Below are positions 18,107 to 28,143 of a DNA stretch of 64,000 nucleotides, one piece after another. Numbering within the stretch: the first letter of the stretch is position 1; each line of letters starts with the position of its first letter. The position numbers and the translations under genes were made by a program. The DNA is from an uncultured bacterium. GTDB taxonomy: Bacteria; Desulfobacterota; DSM-4660; Desulfatiglandales; CALKZT01. The notes beneath the pieces were generated by a model. The model did not search any database, was not told the origin of the DNA, and saw only the letters and a program-made list of their open reading frames with translations. Where the stretch lies: the NCBI GenBank assembly GCA_938002815.1, contig CALKZT010000034.1, forward strand, positions 30,988 to 94,987, read 5' to 3'.

Positions 18107-19726
18107 ATGGAAAAGAGAGTATTACTTGCAATAATCTTATCCTTCCTTGTCCTTGTGCTTTGGTCCTATATCTTTCCACCCCATAGCCCGCTGCCACAAA
18201 GGGAGCCTAAGGAGTCAGATACACCACAGGTCTTACAAAAGCCTGTATCGAAAGGGGAAATAGAAATCGAACAAAAAAAGGACTCAGCTACTCCTTCCAT
18301 AGCGGTTTCTCACAAAGACATTCCTGTAGAGACCCCTCTTTATCACATGCTTCTATCAACAGATGGGCCTTCCATCAAGGAATTCAGACTCTTGAATTAC
18401 TACACCGATATCAATAAAACAGAGCAGGTCGATATCGTAAAGCATTTTCAACATAGTTCTGAGCATATTAGATGGCTATTAAAGGGCTTAAAGGAAAATA
18501 ATCTAAATGTAGAGACAAGTGTTGATAGGATAAAAATTGAAAAAGATGACCAAGAAAAGGAGCTAAAACTTACATATTTCCAAAATCAAACACCAGTGGT
18601 AACCTATCTATTTAAATTCAGCCCGGATAGCTATAAAATTGACGTAACAAGTGAAATTTTGACAAATAAAAATGAAGAGATTACAAGCTATTTAAAGATA
18701 GCTGGAGAGAAAAGTCAAAAAAAGAACTACGGAACTCACTCCGGTTTTGCCATTTCAAAGGATGGAAAACTTACCGAGATAGAGTTTGAAAAGAAGAAAT
18801 CTTCAGAGAATATAAAAGGGAAAATTAATTACTTGGCATTAGAATCCACATACTTTGTCTCTGCCTTGCTCTTGAATGCTGATATAGACTCTGAACTAAC
18901 TCTATCCCAAACAGAGGGGGAATTGATATCTCAGGTAAGACTTTTTGAAGGCGCACAAGAATCGGGTAAAGTTTCAAGGAATTACAGTCTCTATATAGGG
19001 CCAAAGGACCTCACAGAGCTCAAAAAGGCGGGGACAGACCTCTCTTCCCTTGTGAACTTTGGGTGGACTGATTTTATTGCCAAACCTCTTCTATACGGTA
19101 TGAAATTTTGCAATGAGTACGTAAAGAACTATGGTGTGAGTATCATCATATTGACGATCTTTGTAAAAATTATCTTCTGGCCATTGAGCAACAAGAGTTA
19201 CAAGTCCATGAAAGAAATGCAGAAAATTCAGCCTCTTTTGCTCAAAATAAGGGAAAAATATAAGGATAACAAGGAGCAGATGAACAAAGAGCTTATGCAA
19301 CTTTATCGCACCTACAAGATAAATCCCATGAGCGGTTGTCTGCCAATGTTAGTTCAGATCCCAGTTTTTTTTGCTCTTTACAAAGTGCTCTCGGCTAGTA
19401 TTGAACTTAGGCATTCTCCTTTTGTCTTATGGGTAAAAGATCTCTCTGCTCCAGATAGGCTTTTTGATTTTTCGTTTTCTATTCCTTTTATGGATCCTCC
19501 ATATGGTATACCTGTTCTTACATTGCTTATGGGGGCCTCAATGTTTATACAACAGAAGATGAGTCCACCAGCAGGTGATCCGACGCAAGCAAAAGTTATG
19601 TTACTATTGCCGTTAATATTTACTTTCATGTTTATTAATTTTCCATCGGGTCTTGTTCTATATTGGTTTGTAAACAACATACTCTCGATTGGCCAACAGT
19701 ATTACATTCAGAAAAAATTGTCATAA
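18107..19726 (+). CDS. yidC: membrane protein insertase YidC
   Basis: 539 aa. N-terminal TM, large periplasmic domain, C-terminal core with MSGCLPMLVQIPVFFALY and NFPSGLVLYWFVNNILSIGQQ. Confidence 0.9.
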   Translation: MEKRVLLAIILSFLVLVLWSYIFPPHSPLPQREPKESDTPQVLQKPVSKGEIEIEQKKDSATPSIAVSHKDIPVETPLYHMLLSTDGPSIKEFRLLNYYTDINKTEQVDIVKHFQHSSEHIRWLLKGLKENNLNVETSVDRIKIEKDDQEKELKLTYFQNQTPVVTYLFKFSPDSYKIDVTSEILTNKNEEITSYLKIAGEKSQKKNYGTHSGFAISKDGKLTEIEFEKKKSSENIKGKINYLALESTYFVSALLLNADIDSELTLSQTEGELISQVRLFEGAQESGKVSRNYSLYIGPKDLTELKKAGTDLSSLVNFGWTDFIAKPLLYGMKFCNEYVKNYGVSIIILTIFVKIIFWPLSNKSYKSMKEMQKIQPLLLKIREKYKDNKEQMNKELMQLYRTYKINPMSGCLPMLVQIPVFFALYKVLSASIELRHSPFVLWVKDLSAPDRLFDFSFSIPFMDPPYGIPVLTLLMGASMFIQQKMSPPAGDPTQAKVMLLLPLIFTFMFINFPSGLVLYWFVNNILSIGQQYYIQKKLS

Positions 19727-19740
19727 GGTGGAGGAAGGCA

Positions 19741-20430
19741 ATGCAGTTCTACGAATTCGAAGGAAAAAACGTGGAAGAGGCAATTATGAGCGCTACTAAG
19801 ACCCTGAACGTGAGCAGAGATGAGCTGAATTATGAGGTGTTGGAGCCTGGTTCTGCGGGAATCTTTGGGATTGTCGGGGGAAGGAAGGCCAAAGTGAAGG
19901 TGTGGTTGAAGAGGGACGAAGAGGAAGAGAGAAAGAAGGAACTGCCGTTGAAGATGGCCAAGCTCGTGACCGAAACCATTCTGAACATGGTCTCTAAGGG
20001 AAAGGTGGAGGTGGAGGCGGAGATGACTGATGGTTCCATCTCCTTGAATGTGACAGGGGAAGATGCCGGTGTTCTTATAGGGAAGAACGGACAGACCTTA
20101 GATGCCTTACAGTACATCTTGAACCGCATTGTAAACAGGCAGCTGGAAAAGAAGGTATTAGTGGTAGTGGACATAGAGAACTACCGTAAGAGGAGAAGAG
20201 AGAGCCTGGTGGAAATGGCCAAGAAGATGGCAGAAAAGGCAAAGAGGCTAAGGCGGCCTGTGAGCACAAATCCCATGAGCGCCAGGGACAGGAGAATAAT
20301 CCACCTTGCCCTAAAGGATGACAGGCAGTTGGAGACCAAGAGCAAAGGTGAAGGACTCTTGAAAAAGGTGGTGATATATCCAAAGCTTAGGAGTCAGAAC
20401 CGCAGACAAGAGAGGGCAAGACAGCAGTAA
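19741..20430 (+). CDS. jag: Jag/KhpB-like RNA-binding protein (KH + R3H)
   Basis: Start taken at MQFYEFEGKNVEEAI (ATG 19741). KH GxxG in VLIGKNGQTLDALQYI. R3H in MSARDRRIIHLAL. Confidence 0.8.
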   Translation: MQFYEFEGKNVEEAIMSATKTLNVSRDELNYEVLEPGSAGIFGIVGGRKAKVKVWLKRDEEEERKKELPLKMAKLVTETILNMVSKGKVEVEAEMTDGSISLNVTGEDAGVLIGKNGQTLDALQYILNRIVNRQLEKKVLVVVDIENYRKRRRESLVEMAKKMAEKAKRLRRPVSTNPMSARDRRIIHLALKDDRQLETKSKGEGLLKKVVIYPKLRSQNRRQERARQQ

Positions 20431-20433
20431 GAT

Positions 20434-21804
20434 TTGACACAGGATACCATCTCAGCCATTTCCACACCCATAGGGCCTGGGGCCATCGGTGTTGTGAGGT
20501 TAAGTGGTCCTAAGGCCCATGAAATCCTATCAGCCATATTTGTGCCAAAAAAGAAAGGACCATTAAGGCCCTTCTCTCTTAAATTGGGAAATATAGTGGA
20601 CCCTGATACCGGGGATAAATTGGACGAGGTGCTGGTCTCCATCATGAAGGCACCCTATTCTTACACAAGGGAAGATATGGCTGAGATACAGTCCCACAGT
20701 GGGATCGGCATATTGAGCAGTATCCTGGAGCTTACCATAAGATTAGGGGCAAGGCCTGCCCAGCCAGGGGAGTTTACCTATAGGGCCTTTCTAAACGGAA
20801 GACTGGACCTTACCCAGGCAGAGGCAGTAGTGGATCTGGTCCAAACTCCCTCCAAGAAGGGTCAGAGTATGGCCCTAAATGCCTTGATGGGAAAGCTATC
20901 AGAAAAGGTGGATTCGGTGAGGGAGAAGCTTTTGGAGGCACTCTCTATCCTTGAGGCCTTAATAGAATTTCCGGAGGAGGAGCTTGGCATAGATCTCTCT
21001 TTGACCTTTTTGCCCCTCAGAGATTTGATCCCTGAAATGGAAGAGCTCATAGAGGCCCACAGATCCAGGAGGATTTGGTTTGAGGGTATTTATGTGGTAA
21101 TAGCAGGGAGGACAAATGCAGGAAAGTCCAGCCTGTTGAACAGACTGATAGAATCTCCGAGGGCCATAGTTACTCCCTTGCCAGGGACCACCAGGGATGT
21201 CTTGGAGGTACCCTATCTATTGGAGGGGATACCGGTCAAACTGGTAGATACCGCAGGCATTGGGGTGCCAAAGGATGAGGCAGAAGAGATGGGGATCAAA
21301 AGGGCAATGGAATCCATAGAGGGAGCAGATGTAATAATCTACGTGGTAGATCAGTCAGTGGGGGTTAAGGAGGAGGATATCTCGGTAATTAGAAGCCACG
21401 CACAAAACACGGTAGTAACCCTGAACAAGGCAGACCTTCCATCGAGTATCTCCATGGAGAATATAGAGAAGATGCTCCCGGAGGGTGTCCCCTATGCCTT
21501 TGTCTCCGCATTGACGGGTTTCGGAATCGGTGAACTGAAGGGGAAGATAAAGGAAAAGGTGCTTTGCCTATCAGGGGGAATGGTGGATAGTAACATCTCT
21601 CCAAATCTAAGGCAGACAGTTGCCCTGAAGGGTGCCCTTGCATCCCTAAAGGGCTTTTTAGAGCTTATTGGCAGGGATACACCACTAGACATTCTGGCAG
21701 AAGATTTAAGGGAGGCCATAAGGCACTTGGATGAGGTATTGGGTAGGGATCTGCCGGAAGAGATCTTGGAGAAGATCTTTTCTTCCTTCTGCATAGGTAA
21801 ATAG
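20434..21804 (+). CDS. mnmE: tRNA modification GTPase MnmE
   Basis: G1 GRTNAGKSSL, G3 DTAG, G4 NKAD, C-terminal FCIGK. TTG start. Confidence 0.9.
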   Translation: MTQDTISAISTPIGPGAIGVVRLSGPKAHEILSAIFVPKKKGPLRPFSLKLGNIVDPDTGDKLDEVLVSIMKAPYSYTREDMAEIQSHSGIGILSSILELTIRLGARPAQPGEFTYRAFLNGRLDLTQAEAVVDLVQTPSKKGQSMALNALMGKLSEKVDSVREKLLEALSILEALIEFPEEELGIDLSLTFLPLRDLIPEMEELIEAHRSRRIWFEGIYVVIAGRTNAGKSSLLNRLIESPRAIVTPLPGTTRDVLEVPYLLEGIPVKLVDTAGIGVPKDEAEEMGIKRAMESIEGADVIIYVVDQSVGVKEEDISVIRSHAQNTVVTLNKADLPSSISMENIEKMLPEGVPYAFVSALTGFGIGELKGKIKEKVLCLSGGMVDSNISPNLRQTVALKGALASLKGFLELIGRDTPLDILAEDLREAIRHLDEVLGRDLPEEILEKIFSSFCIGK

Positions 21805-21817
21805 GCCCATAAGCCTT

Positions 21818-23119
21818 TCATGGGCAGAATAGATTCTCCTTGCCCAAGAACTCCCTTACCTGTTTTATGGCACAGAACTTTCCGCACATGGTGCAGACAT
21901 CCTTTTCCGCAGGGAGGCTCCTTTCCCTGTAAGTTCTGGCCCTCTTTGGGTCTAAGGCCAGCTCCATCTGCCTTTCCCAGTTGAGGGCCTTCCTTGCTTT
22001 GGCCATCTCAAGGTCCCTCTTAAGGGCCTTGGGCCTTTTCCTGGCAATGTCTGCGGCGTGTGCAGCGATCTTGGTCACTATAACACCTTCCCTTACGTCC
22101 TCAGGGGAAGGCAGGCAGAGGTGCTCGGCAGGTGTCACATAACAGAGGAAGTCTGCCCCGTAATAGGCGGCAAAGGCACCGCCTATGGCACAGGCCACAT
22201 GGTCATAGCCAGCTGCCACATCTGTTACAAGGGGGCCAAGTACGTAAAAGGGGGCTCCCTCACAGAGGGATTTTTGTAACCTTATGTTTAACTCTATCTG
22301 GTCAATGGGGACATGGCCTGGTCCCTCTATCATGACCTGTACCCCTGCTTCCCTTGCCATCTTTGTTAGGTCACCAAGTATCATGAGCTCATGGATCTGG
22401 GCCCTGTCTGTGGCATCGGCAATACACCCTGGTCTGAGCCCATCACCAAGGCTTAAGGTGATGTCGTGCTCCTTTGCTATCTCAAGGACCCTCTGGAAAT
22501 CTGTATAAAGGGGATTCTCCCTTTCATGGTAGATCATCCAGGTGGCAAGAAAGGCCCCTCCCCTGCTGACTATGTCTGTTACTCTACCCTGGCGCCTTAG
22601 TAGCTCCAAGGCAGAAAGGGTGACGCCACAGTGTACTGTCATGAAGTCTACGCCCTCTTGGGCCTGCTCCTCTATTACCCTAAAGATGTGCTCGGGGGTC
22701 AAGTGCACAAGGCCACCCTTCTGTTCCACTGTCTCCACTACTGCCTGATATATAGGCACAGTGCCAAGGGGTAGTGGGCAATTTTTCAGGATGTTCCTCC
22801 TAATCTCCCTGAGATCACCGCCAGTGGAGAGGTCCATTACGGTATCTGCCCCTGCCTCCACTGCCAAGGAGAGTTTTTTTAACTCCATAAAAAGGTCACA
22901 GGTATCAGATGAGGTGCCCAGATTGGCATTTACCTTTACGCTCAGCCCCTCCCCTATTCCGCAGGGTCGCGTTATGGCCTTATGGATATTCTTGGGGATG
23001 ACAATCCGTCCCTGGGCCACCTTCTCCACAAGCCACCAGACATCTACTCCCTCTTCCTTGGCCACAAATTCCATCTGAGAGGTGATGTTGCCTAAGCGTG
23101 CCTCTAAGATCTGTGTCAT
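21818..23119 (-). CDS. thiC: phosphomethylpyrimidine synthase ThiC (short form)
   Basis: 433 aa. TVHCGV, MIEGPGHVP, C-terminal Cys motif CTMCGKFCAIK. Confidence 0.95.
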   Translation of the reverse strand: MTQILEARLGNITSQMEFVAKEEGVDVWWLVEKVAQGRIVIPKNIHKAITRPCGIGEGLSVKVNANLGTSSDTCDLFMELKKLSLAVEAGADTVMDLSTGGDLREIRRNILKNCPLPLGTVPIYQAVVETVEQKGGLVHLTPEHIFRVIEEQAQEGVDFMTVHCGVTLSALELLRRQGRVTDIVSRGGAFLATWMIYHERENPLYTDFQRVLEIAKEHDITLSLGDGLRPGCIADATDRAQIHELMILGDLTKMAREAGVQVMIEGPGHVPIDQIELNIRLQKSLCEGAPFYVLGPLVTDVAAGYDHVACAIGGAFAAYYGADFLCYVTPAEHLCLPSPEDVREGVIVTKIAAHAADIARKRPKALKRDLEMAKARKALNWERQMELALDPKRARTYRERSLPAEKDVCTMCGKFCAIKQVREFLGKENLFCP

Positions 23120-23135
23120 CTTTTATGTCCCCTTA

Positions 23136-23951
23136 TCATGGAAGGCCCAGCACCCCATGGCCTTTCCCTATGGGGTAGCCTAACCTTATTCTGGATACCA
23201 CAAAGATTTTAGCATAGCGAAATGCCTTCCTTAAATCAAATCCAAAGGCAAGGTAGGTGGCAAGGGCAGATGAAAAGACGCAGCCTGTACCATGGGTGTT
23301 TTTGGTCCTGATGGGGTCAAAAGCTATCTCATAGAAACCCCTCTCATCCAGGAGTAGGTCCCTTCCATCCAAATCACCCCCTGTGATTAAGACATCGGGG
23401 CCATAAGCTTTTAGCCTTTGTGCAATCAGCTTTTTAGAGAGACTCTCCTGTGAGTCCATCTTCCCAAGAGCTTGGGGGTCCAGTTCCCTTAAGAGGGCTA
23501 TGGCCTCGTATCCATTGGGGGTAATTACCTGGACAGCGGGGAGAAGCTTTTTGGCCAGTAATTTATAGGCCCGAGGGGTGGTGAGTAATTGTCCAGTGGA
23601 AGAGAGAAATAGAGGGTCCAGCACCACATTTCTGAACCCATACTCTTCTATGAGCTGGGATACAAGCTCCACAATCCCCTCATCGTAGAGCATCCCAATC
23701 TTGACAGCCTGTGGGATCCCATCAGACAAGACGGTCTCCACCTGGGACCTGATCAGATCCAATGCAAGGGGATATACCCCCTTTACCTGGGTGGTGCTCT
23801 GAATGGTTATGGCAGTGACACAGCATAAGGGATGGGCCCTTAAAAGGGCAATGGTCCTGATATCTGCCTGGATACCTGCCCCTGATGTGGGGTCGCTGGC
23901 AGCTATGGTGAGAACCTTTGGTCTTAAGCCCCTTTCCTCCATAGGGCCCAT
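23136..23951 (-). CDS. thiD: hydroxymethylpyrimidine/phosphomethylpyrimidine kinase
   Basis: VLTIAASDPTSGAGIQADIRT and HGTGCVFSSALATYLA. The start is uncertain (ATG at 23942, 23951 or 24023). Homology to short ThiD N-termini favours 23942 or 23951. Confidence 0.85.
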   Translation of the reverse strand: MGPMEERGLRPKVLTIAASDPTSGAGIQADIRTIALLRAHPLCCVTAITIQSTTQVKGVYPLALDLIRSQVETVLSDGIPQAVKIGMLYDEGIVELVSQLIEEYGFRNVVLDPLFLSSTGQLLTTPRAYKLLAKKLLPAVQVITPNGYEAIALLRELDPQALGKMDSQESLSKKLIAQRLKAYGPDVLITGGDLDGRDLLLDERGFYEIAFDPIRTKNTHGTGCVFSSALATYLAFGFDLRKAFRYAKIFVVSRIRLGYPIGKGHGVLGLP

Positions 23952-24078
23952 TATAAATGATAAAGACCTCCCCTTGAAGCCAAAGAGATTCAGCGCCATA
24001 GAGTTAGTGACATGGGGCCTCAAAAGTAATAAGTTTGGGAGACATATAAGGAGGGATCAAGACTAAAAGGAAACCCAA

Positions 24079-25086
24079 ATGAAGGTCCTTATCGTGAAGT
24101 TGAGCGCCATTGGGGATGTGGTACACACCATCCCCTTTTTGAGGACACTAAAACTAAACTTTCCCCACTGGGAGATAGACTGGGTCCTTGAGGATGTTAC
24201 CTATCCCTTGCTAAAGGGAAATCCGCTTCTAAACAGGGTCATGGAGCTAAAAAGGAGGAGCTGGGTAAAGGGAAAGGACTTAAAGGGATTTAGAGGGTTT
24301 TTGAAGGCCCTAAGGGAGGTCCACTACGATCTCGTTATAGACCTCCAGGGTCTTCTAAAGAGTGGCATAATCACCTTTCTATCCAGGGGGGACCAGAAGA
24401 TAGGACTGAGTATCTCCAAGGAGCTTTCTTATCTATTCTACACAAAGGTTATAGAGGTAGACATAGAGAGACATGCCCTCATTAGGACCCTCGATGTGGC
24501 CAAGGCCCTGGGTGCAGGGTTTTTGAGTGAAGATGCGAGCATCTTTTTGGAACCTATGGAGAGGAGGGTCTATGAAGGGTTACTAAGCTCAATGGGGCTG
24601 AGACCAAAGGAATATGTCGTAATAAATCCCGTGGCAAAGTGGGATACCAAGTTATGGATACCGGAGAGGTTTTCAGGCCTTGCGGGGAGGATAAGGGGTG
24701 AGCTGGGCTTCAAGGTGGTATTTACAGGGTCTAAGGCAGACCAGGGATATATCAGAAGGATACTCTCCCTCACAAAAGATAACCACATAGACCTATCGGG
24801 GAGGACCACCCTGAGGGAGATGGCATATCTACTTGAAAATGCACGGGCGATGGTATGTACAGACACAGGTCCCATGCATTTGGCCTCTGCCATGGGTTGC
24901 CCTGTGGTGGCCCTCTTTGGTCCCACAAGCCCCACAAGAACAGGCCCATTTGGCCCAAGGGATCGTGTTGTAAGGGCAAATACAAGTTGCTCTCCTTGCT
25001 TCAAAAGGGACTGCCAAGACTGGATATGCATGAGAAGTATCGGTATAGAAAAAGTAATGGCCCAGCTCCTGGAGCTCTTAGCTTAG
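24079..25086 (+). CDS. glycosyltransferase family 9 (LPS heptosyltransferase-like)
   Basis: MKVLIVKLSAIGDVVHTIP N-terminus. C-terminal CTDTGPMHLASAMGCPVVALFGPTSP. Confidence 0.8.
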   Translation: MKVLIVKLSAIGDVVHTIPFLRTLKLNFPHWEIDWVLEDVTYPLLKGNPLLNRVMELKRRSWVKGKDLKGFRGFLKALREVHYDLVIDLQGLLKSGIITFLSRGDQKIGLSISKELSYLFYTKVIEVDIERHALIRTLDVAKALGAGFLSEDASIFLEPMERRVYEGLLSSMGLRPKEYVVINPVAKWDTKLWIPERFSGLAGRIRGELGFKVVFTGSKADQGYIRRILSLTKDNHIDLSGRTTLREMAYLLENARAMVCTDTGPMHLASAMGCPVVALFGPTSPTRTGPFGPRDRVVRANTSCSPCFKRDCQDWICMRSIGIEKVMAQLLELLA

Positions 25087-25235
25087 GCCCTAAATTTCAC
25101 CCTCCAAGGATACCTTCCCCTTTTTAGGCATGGCTTGGGATACTCATAATGCCGTGCCTCTCTACTATAGAATCTTGAGCAGATATGAGAGGTGAAAGAA
25201 GGGCAGGGGCTTTTGAGGCCATTCTTAGAATTTCC

Positions 25236-25265
25236 TTGACATTAAAAGTAGTAAATCGGTATGAA
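25236..25265 (+). promoter_or_regulatory. weak sigma70-type promoter candidate inside the 560-nt gap
   Basis: TTGACA (25236-25241), 18-nt spacer, TATGAA (25260-25265). It would give a leader of about 375 nt before the MvhD-like gene. Confidence 0.3.
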
Positions 25266-25646
25266 ATGGTGGACCTGTTGGACTATTTGTGCCCCTATAT
25301 CAGGCCTTTTCCAAAAGAGGATTCGATTTCGGGGGATAGACCATGGGCCCAGAAGGGTTCCCTTTGGGTATAGGCAGGCGAATAGGGGTAGGGGGCTAAA
25401 AAAGAGCCCATTCAGTTTATTGGCCCAAATGTAGGGGAAGATTCCATCCACTGGAGGGTGATGCTTAGAGGAAAAACTTTGTCCTACCAACGAATGGGTA
25501 GAGGGGTACTTCCATTGCAAGTGACTAAATTTGGCCGGATATTGGGCCTTGTGATGGGAGTATTCCTGTATTAGGCCGAAGATCGGTTATAGGTCTTTGG
25601 AAACTGCTAATTATGGCAATGATAAACCAGCTATGAGGAGAATGAT

Positions 25647-26078
25647 ATGAATGAATGGAGCCCCAAGATTACAGCCTTTTTGTGTAATTGGTGCACCTAT
25701 GGTGCTGCTGACCTGGCAGGGGTAAGTAGGTTACAATACCCTCCCAATTTCAGGGTAATAAGGGTACCCTGCTCTGGCCGTGTGAGTCCTAAGTTTATAC
25801 TGGCAGCCTTCAGACAGGGAGCAGACGGGGTGTGGGTCTCTGGGTGCCATCCCGGGGATTGCCACTACCTGGAGGGGAATTTTTATGCCAGAAGAAAGTT
25901 TGCACTCCTAAAAGGCCTTCTGGAGCACATCGGTATTGAACCTGGGAGACTTCATTTCTCTTGGATTTCCTCTGCTGAGGCCACTAAGTTTGTGGAGGTG
26001 GCCACAAAGGTGGCCAATGCAGTGGGCGCACTTGGGCCGGCTAAGTACCTCATAAAACAGAGAGCAGAGGTGGCGTAA
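25647..26078 (+). CDS. MvhD-like iron-sulfur protein (methyl-viologen-reducing hydrogenase delta subunit family)
   Basis: 143 aa. FLCNWCTYGAADLAG...RVPCSGRV...GADGVWVSGCHPGDCHYLEGN matches the MvhD pattern. Confidence 0.85.
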   Translation: MNEWSPKITAFLCNWCTYGAADLAGVSRLQYPPNFRVIRVPCSGRVSPKFILAAFRQGADGVWVSGCHPGDCHYLEGNFYARRKFALLKGLLEHIGIEPGRLHFSWISSAEATKFVEVATKVANAVGALGPAKYLIKQRAEVA

Positions 26079-27028
26079 TGATCAGATACACCGAAAAGAT
26101 CAGGGAAAGGGCAAGGGAGTTATTGGGCCAAGGGAAGGTGGATGTGTTCATAGGTTACAAGAAAGGCACTGTGCCCTTGATGAACCAGCCTGTGATGATC
26201 AAGAGGGCAGAGGATGTAGATCAGCTCCTTTGGGACAGCAATTGTTGTCTCAACCTGGCCAATTATCTCACCAAGAGGACAGAGAAAATCGGGATTGTGG
26301 CCAATGGTTGTAACTCCAGGAACATTGTGATCCATATCTTGGAGAACCAGATAAAGAGGGATCAGCTTTACATCTTGGGGATACCCTGTGAGGGGACCAT
26401 CGACCACAGGGCGGTTTTGAGGGCAGCGGATAATCAAGAGCTCCTTGGCTATTCTGAAGACGGCAAAGAGTTCACCATAAGGGGGGCTGGATTTGAGAAG
26501 ACCCTCAAAAAGGAAGAGTTCTTACGCACCAATTGTAAGACATGCCAGCACAGAAACCCTGTGATCTACGATGAGTTATTGGGGGACCCTGTGCCAGAGA
26601 ACACGGAGGTGGATCCTTTCTCAGATGTAAAGGGGTTAGAAACTCAGCCACCCGAAAAGAAATGGAGCTTTTTCCAAAACCTGATCTCCAAGTGTATCAG
26701 GTGCTATGCCTGTAGAAATGCATGCCCTCTTTGTTATTGTCCCACCTGTTTTGTGGACGAATCAAAGCCCCAATGGGTGGGAAAGAGCATAGATCCCATA
26801 GACACCATGACCTTCCATATACTCAGGGCATATCATTGTGCAGGAAGGTGTACTGACTGTGGGGCATGTGAAAGGGTGTGTCCTGTGGCTATTCCAATGA
26901 GGCAGTTTACCAAGAAATTGAACAAGGATGCCAAGGAGCTGTTCGATTGGGAGGCAGGTCTTACTTTAGAGACCAGGCCCTTGTTCGATTTCTATAAGAC
27001 CAGTGATTACAACGAATTTATCTATTAA
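26078..27028 (+). CDS. 4Fe-4S dicluster protein (FrhB-like N-terminal region + ferredoxin-type domain)
   Basis: CIRCYACRNACPLCYC and CTDCGACERVCPV cluster motifs. TAATG overlap with the MvhD-like gene. Confidence 0.65.
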   Translation: MIRYTEKIRERARELLGQGKVDVFIGYKKGTVPLMNQPVMIKRAEDVDQLLWDSNCCLNLANYLTKRTEKIGIVANGCNSRNIVIHILENQIKRDQLYILGIPCEGTIDHRAVLRAADNQELLGYSEDGKEFTIRGAGFEKTLKKEEFLRTNCKTCQHRNPVIYDELLGDPVPENTEVDPFSDVKGLETQPPEKKWSFFQNLISKCIRCYACRNACPLCYCPTCFVDESKPQWVGKSIDPIDTMTFHILRAYHCAGRCTDCGACERVCPVAIPMRQFTKKLNKDAKELFDWEAGLTLETRPLFDFYKTSDYNEFIY

Positions 27029-27049
27029 TAGTCGCCATTCAAAGGAAGG

Positions 27050-28093
27050 ATGAGAGATATGGGCACATCAAAGGTACTCAAAAAGGATGAATGGCTAAAG
27101 GTGATCGAGGATCTTAGGAAGGGTTATAAGGTCTTTGTGCCAACAAAAGAGGGAGATTTCCACTTTTTCAGAGAATATAAAGATGGAATAAGGCCCGATT
27201 TGAATTTCAGCAATACGAGGCTCTCCCCAAAGGGGCTGATATACCCTCAATCGGAGAGGATGTTTGAATGTCCTCTCTCAAAAGACCAGGAAGGGGCATT
27301 TATACTAAAGGAATCCCCTAAGGATTTTGGGCCCCAACTGGTTGTGGGGATTAGGCCCTGTGACGCATATGGATTCTTGATTGTAAAGCGAAACTTCGAT
27401 AACCCCCAGTACAGGGACCCCTGGTGGGTGAGGCGGTATGAGTCTACCACCTTTGTAGGTCTTGGATGTAACGAACCTTGCCCCACCTGTTTTTGTAATG
27501 CAGCTGCAGGAGGGCCTTTTGGTGAAGAGGGGCTTGACCTGCTCATGTGGGATCTGGGTGATGAGTATCTAATTAAACCCATAACAGAAAAAGGGTCAAA
27601 TCTCCTGGCAAAGGTGGAGGGTAAGGAGGCTCAGGATGGGGAAATAAAGGAGGCGGAGAGTTTGAAAAAAGAGTCTCAAAAGAAGATGGACTTTAGTTTT
27701 GACATTACACCCTTGAAAAACAAGGCTCAGTTAGAGCTTTTCAATGAACCATACTGGGAAGATGTGGCGTTTTCTTGCATTAACTGTGGGACTTGTACTT
27801 ATCTTTGCCCTACTTGCTGGTGCTTTGACATACAGGATGAAGTTTATAAAAACCATTGTGATAGGATAAGAAATTGGGATTCTTGTATGTTCCCGCTCTT
27901 TACACTACATGGATCCGGTCATAATCCAAGGGAGAAGAAGTTTCAAAGGGTTAGACAAAGGTTCATGCATAAACTTAAGTACTATGTAGATAAATATGGT
28001 AACGGAATCCAATGCTCAGGGTGTGGAAGATGTGTTAGATATTGTCCTGTAAATATCGACATAAGAAATGTGATAGGATTGATGTGTGGTTGA
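27050..28093 (+). CDS. AsrA / sulfhydrogenase-beta-like 4Fe-4S protein
   Basis: 347 aa. CINCGTCTYLCPTCWC and CSGCGRCVRYCPV. Additional Cys cluster GCNEPCPTCFC. Size and layout as in anaerobic sulfite reductase subunit A-like proteins. Confidence 0.7.
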   Translation: MRDMGTSKVLKKDEWLKVIEDLRKGYKVFVPTKEGDFHFFREYKDGIRPDLNFSNTRLSPKGLIYPQSERMFECPLSKDQEGAFILKESPKDFGPQLVVGIRPCDAYGFLIVKRNFDNPQYRDPWWVRRYESTTFVGLGCNEPCPTCFCNAAAGGPFGEEGLDLLMWDLGDEYLIKPITEKGSNLLAKVEGKEAQDGEIKEAESLKKESQKKMDFSFDITPLKNKAQLELFNEPYWEDVAFSCINCGTCTYLCPTCWCFDIQDEVYKNHCDRIRNWDSCMFPLFTLHGSGHNPREKKFQRVRQRFMHKLKYYVDKYGNGIQCSGCGRCVRYCPVNIDIRNVIGLMCG

Positions 28094-28143
28094 TAAATGT
28101 CCTGTTTATTTAATGAAAGCAAAACGTAATAAGGGGGTGCCAA

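Noticed and set aside
23943-24078. Expected TPP (THI-box) riboswitch upstream of the thiD-thiC operon.
   Set aside because: I read the minus-strand leader and the 16-nt thiD-thiC gap. The conserved CTGAGA ... ACCTGATC..GG.TAAT ... GGGA elements are absent; only a weak gctgaat/ggggagg resemblance exists. An Rfam scan would be decisive.
25319-25335. ggattcgatttcggggg, reminiscent of the tmRNA 5' region (GGATTCGACGGGG).
   Set aside because: No tRNA-like acceptor or T-arm (GGTTCGA.TCC...CCA) and no tag-peptide reading frame nearby. The match is a short chance similarity.
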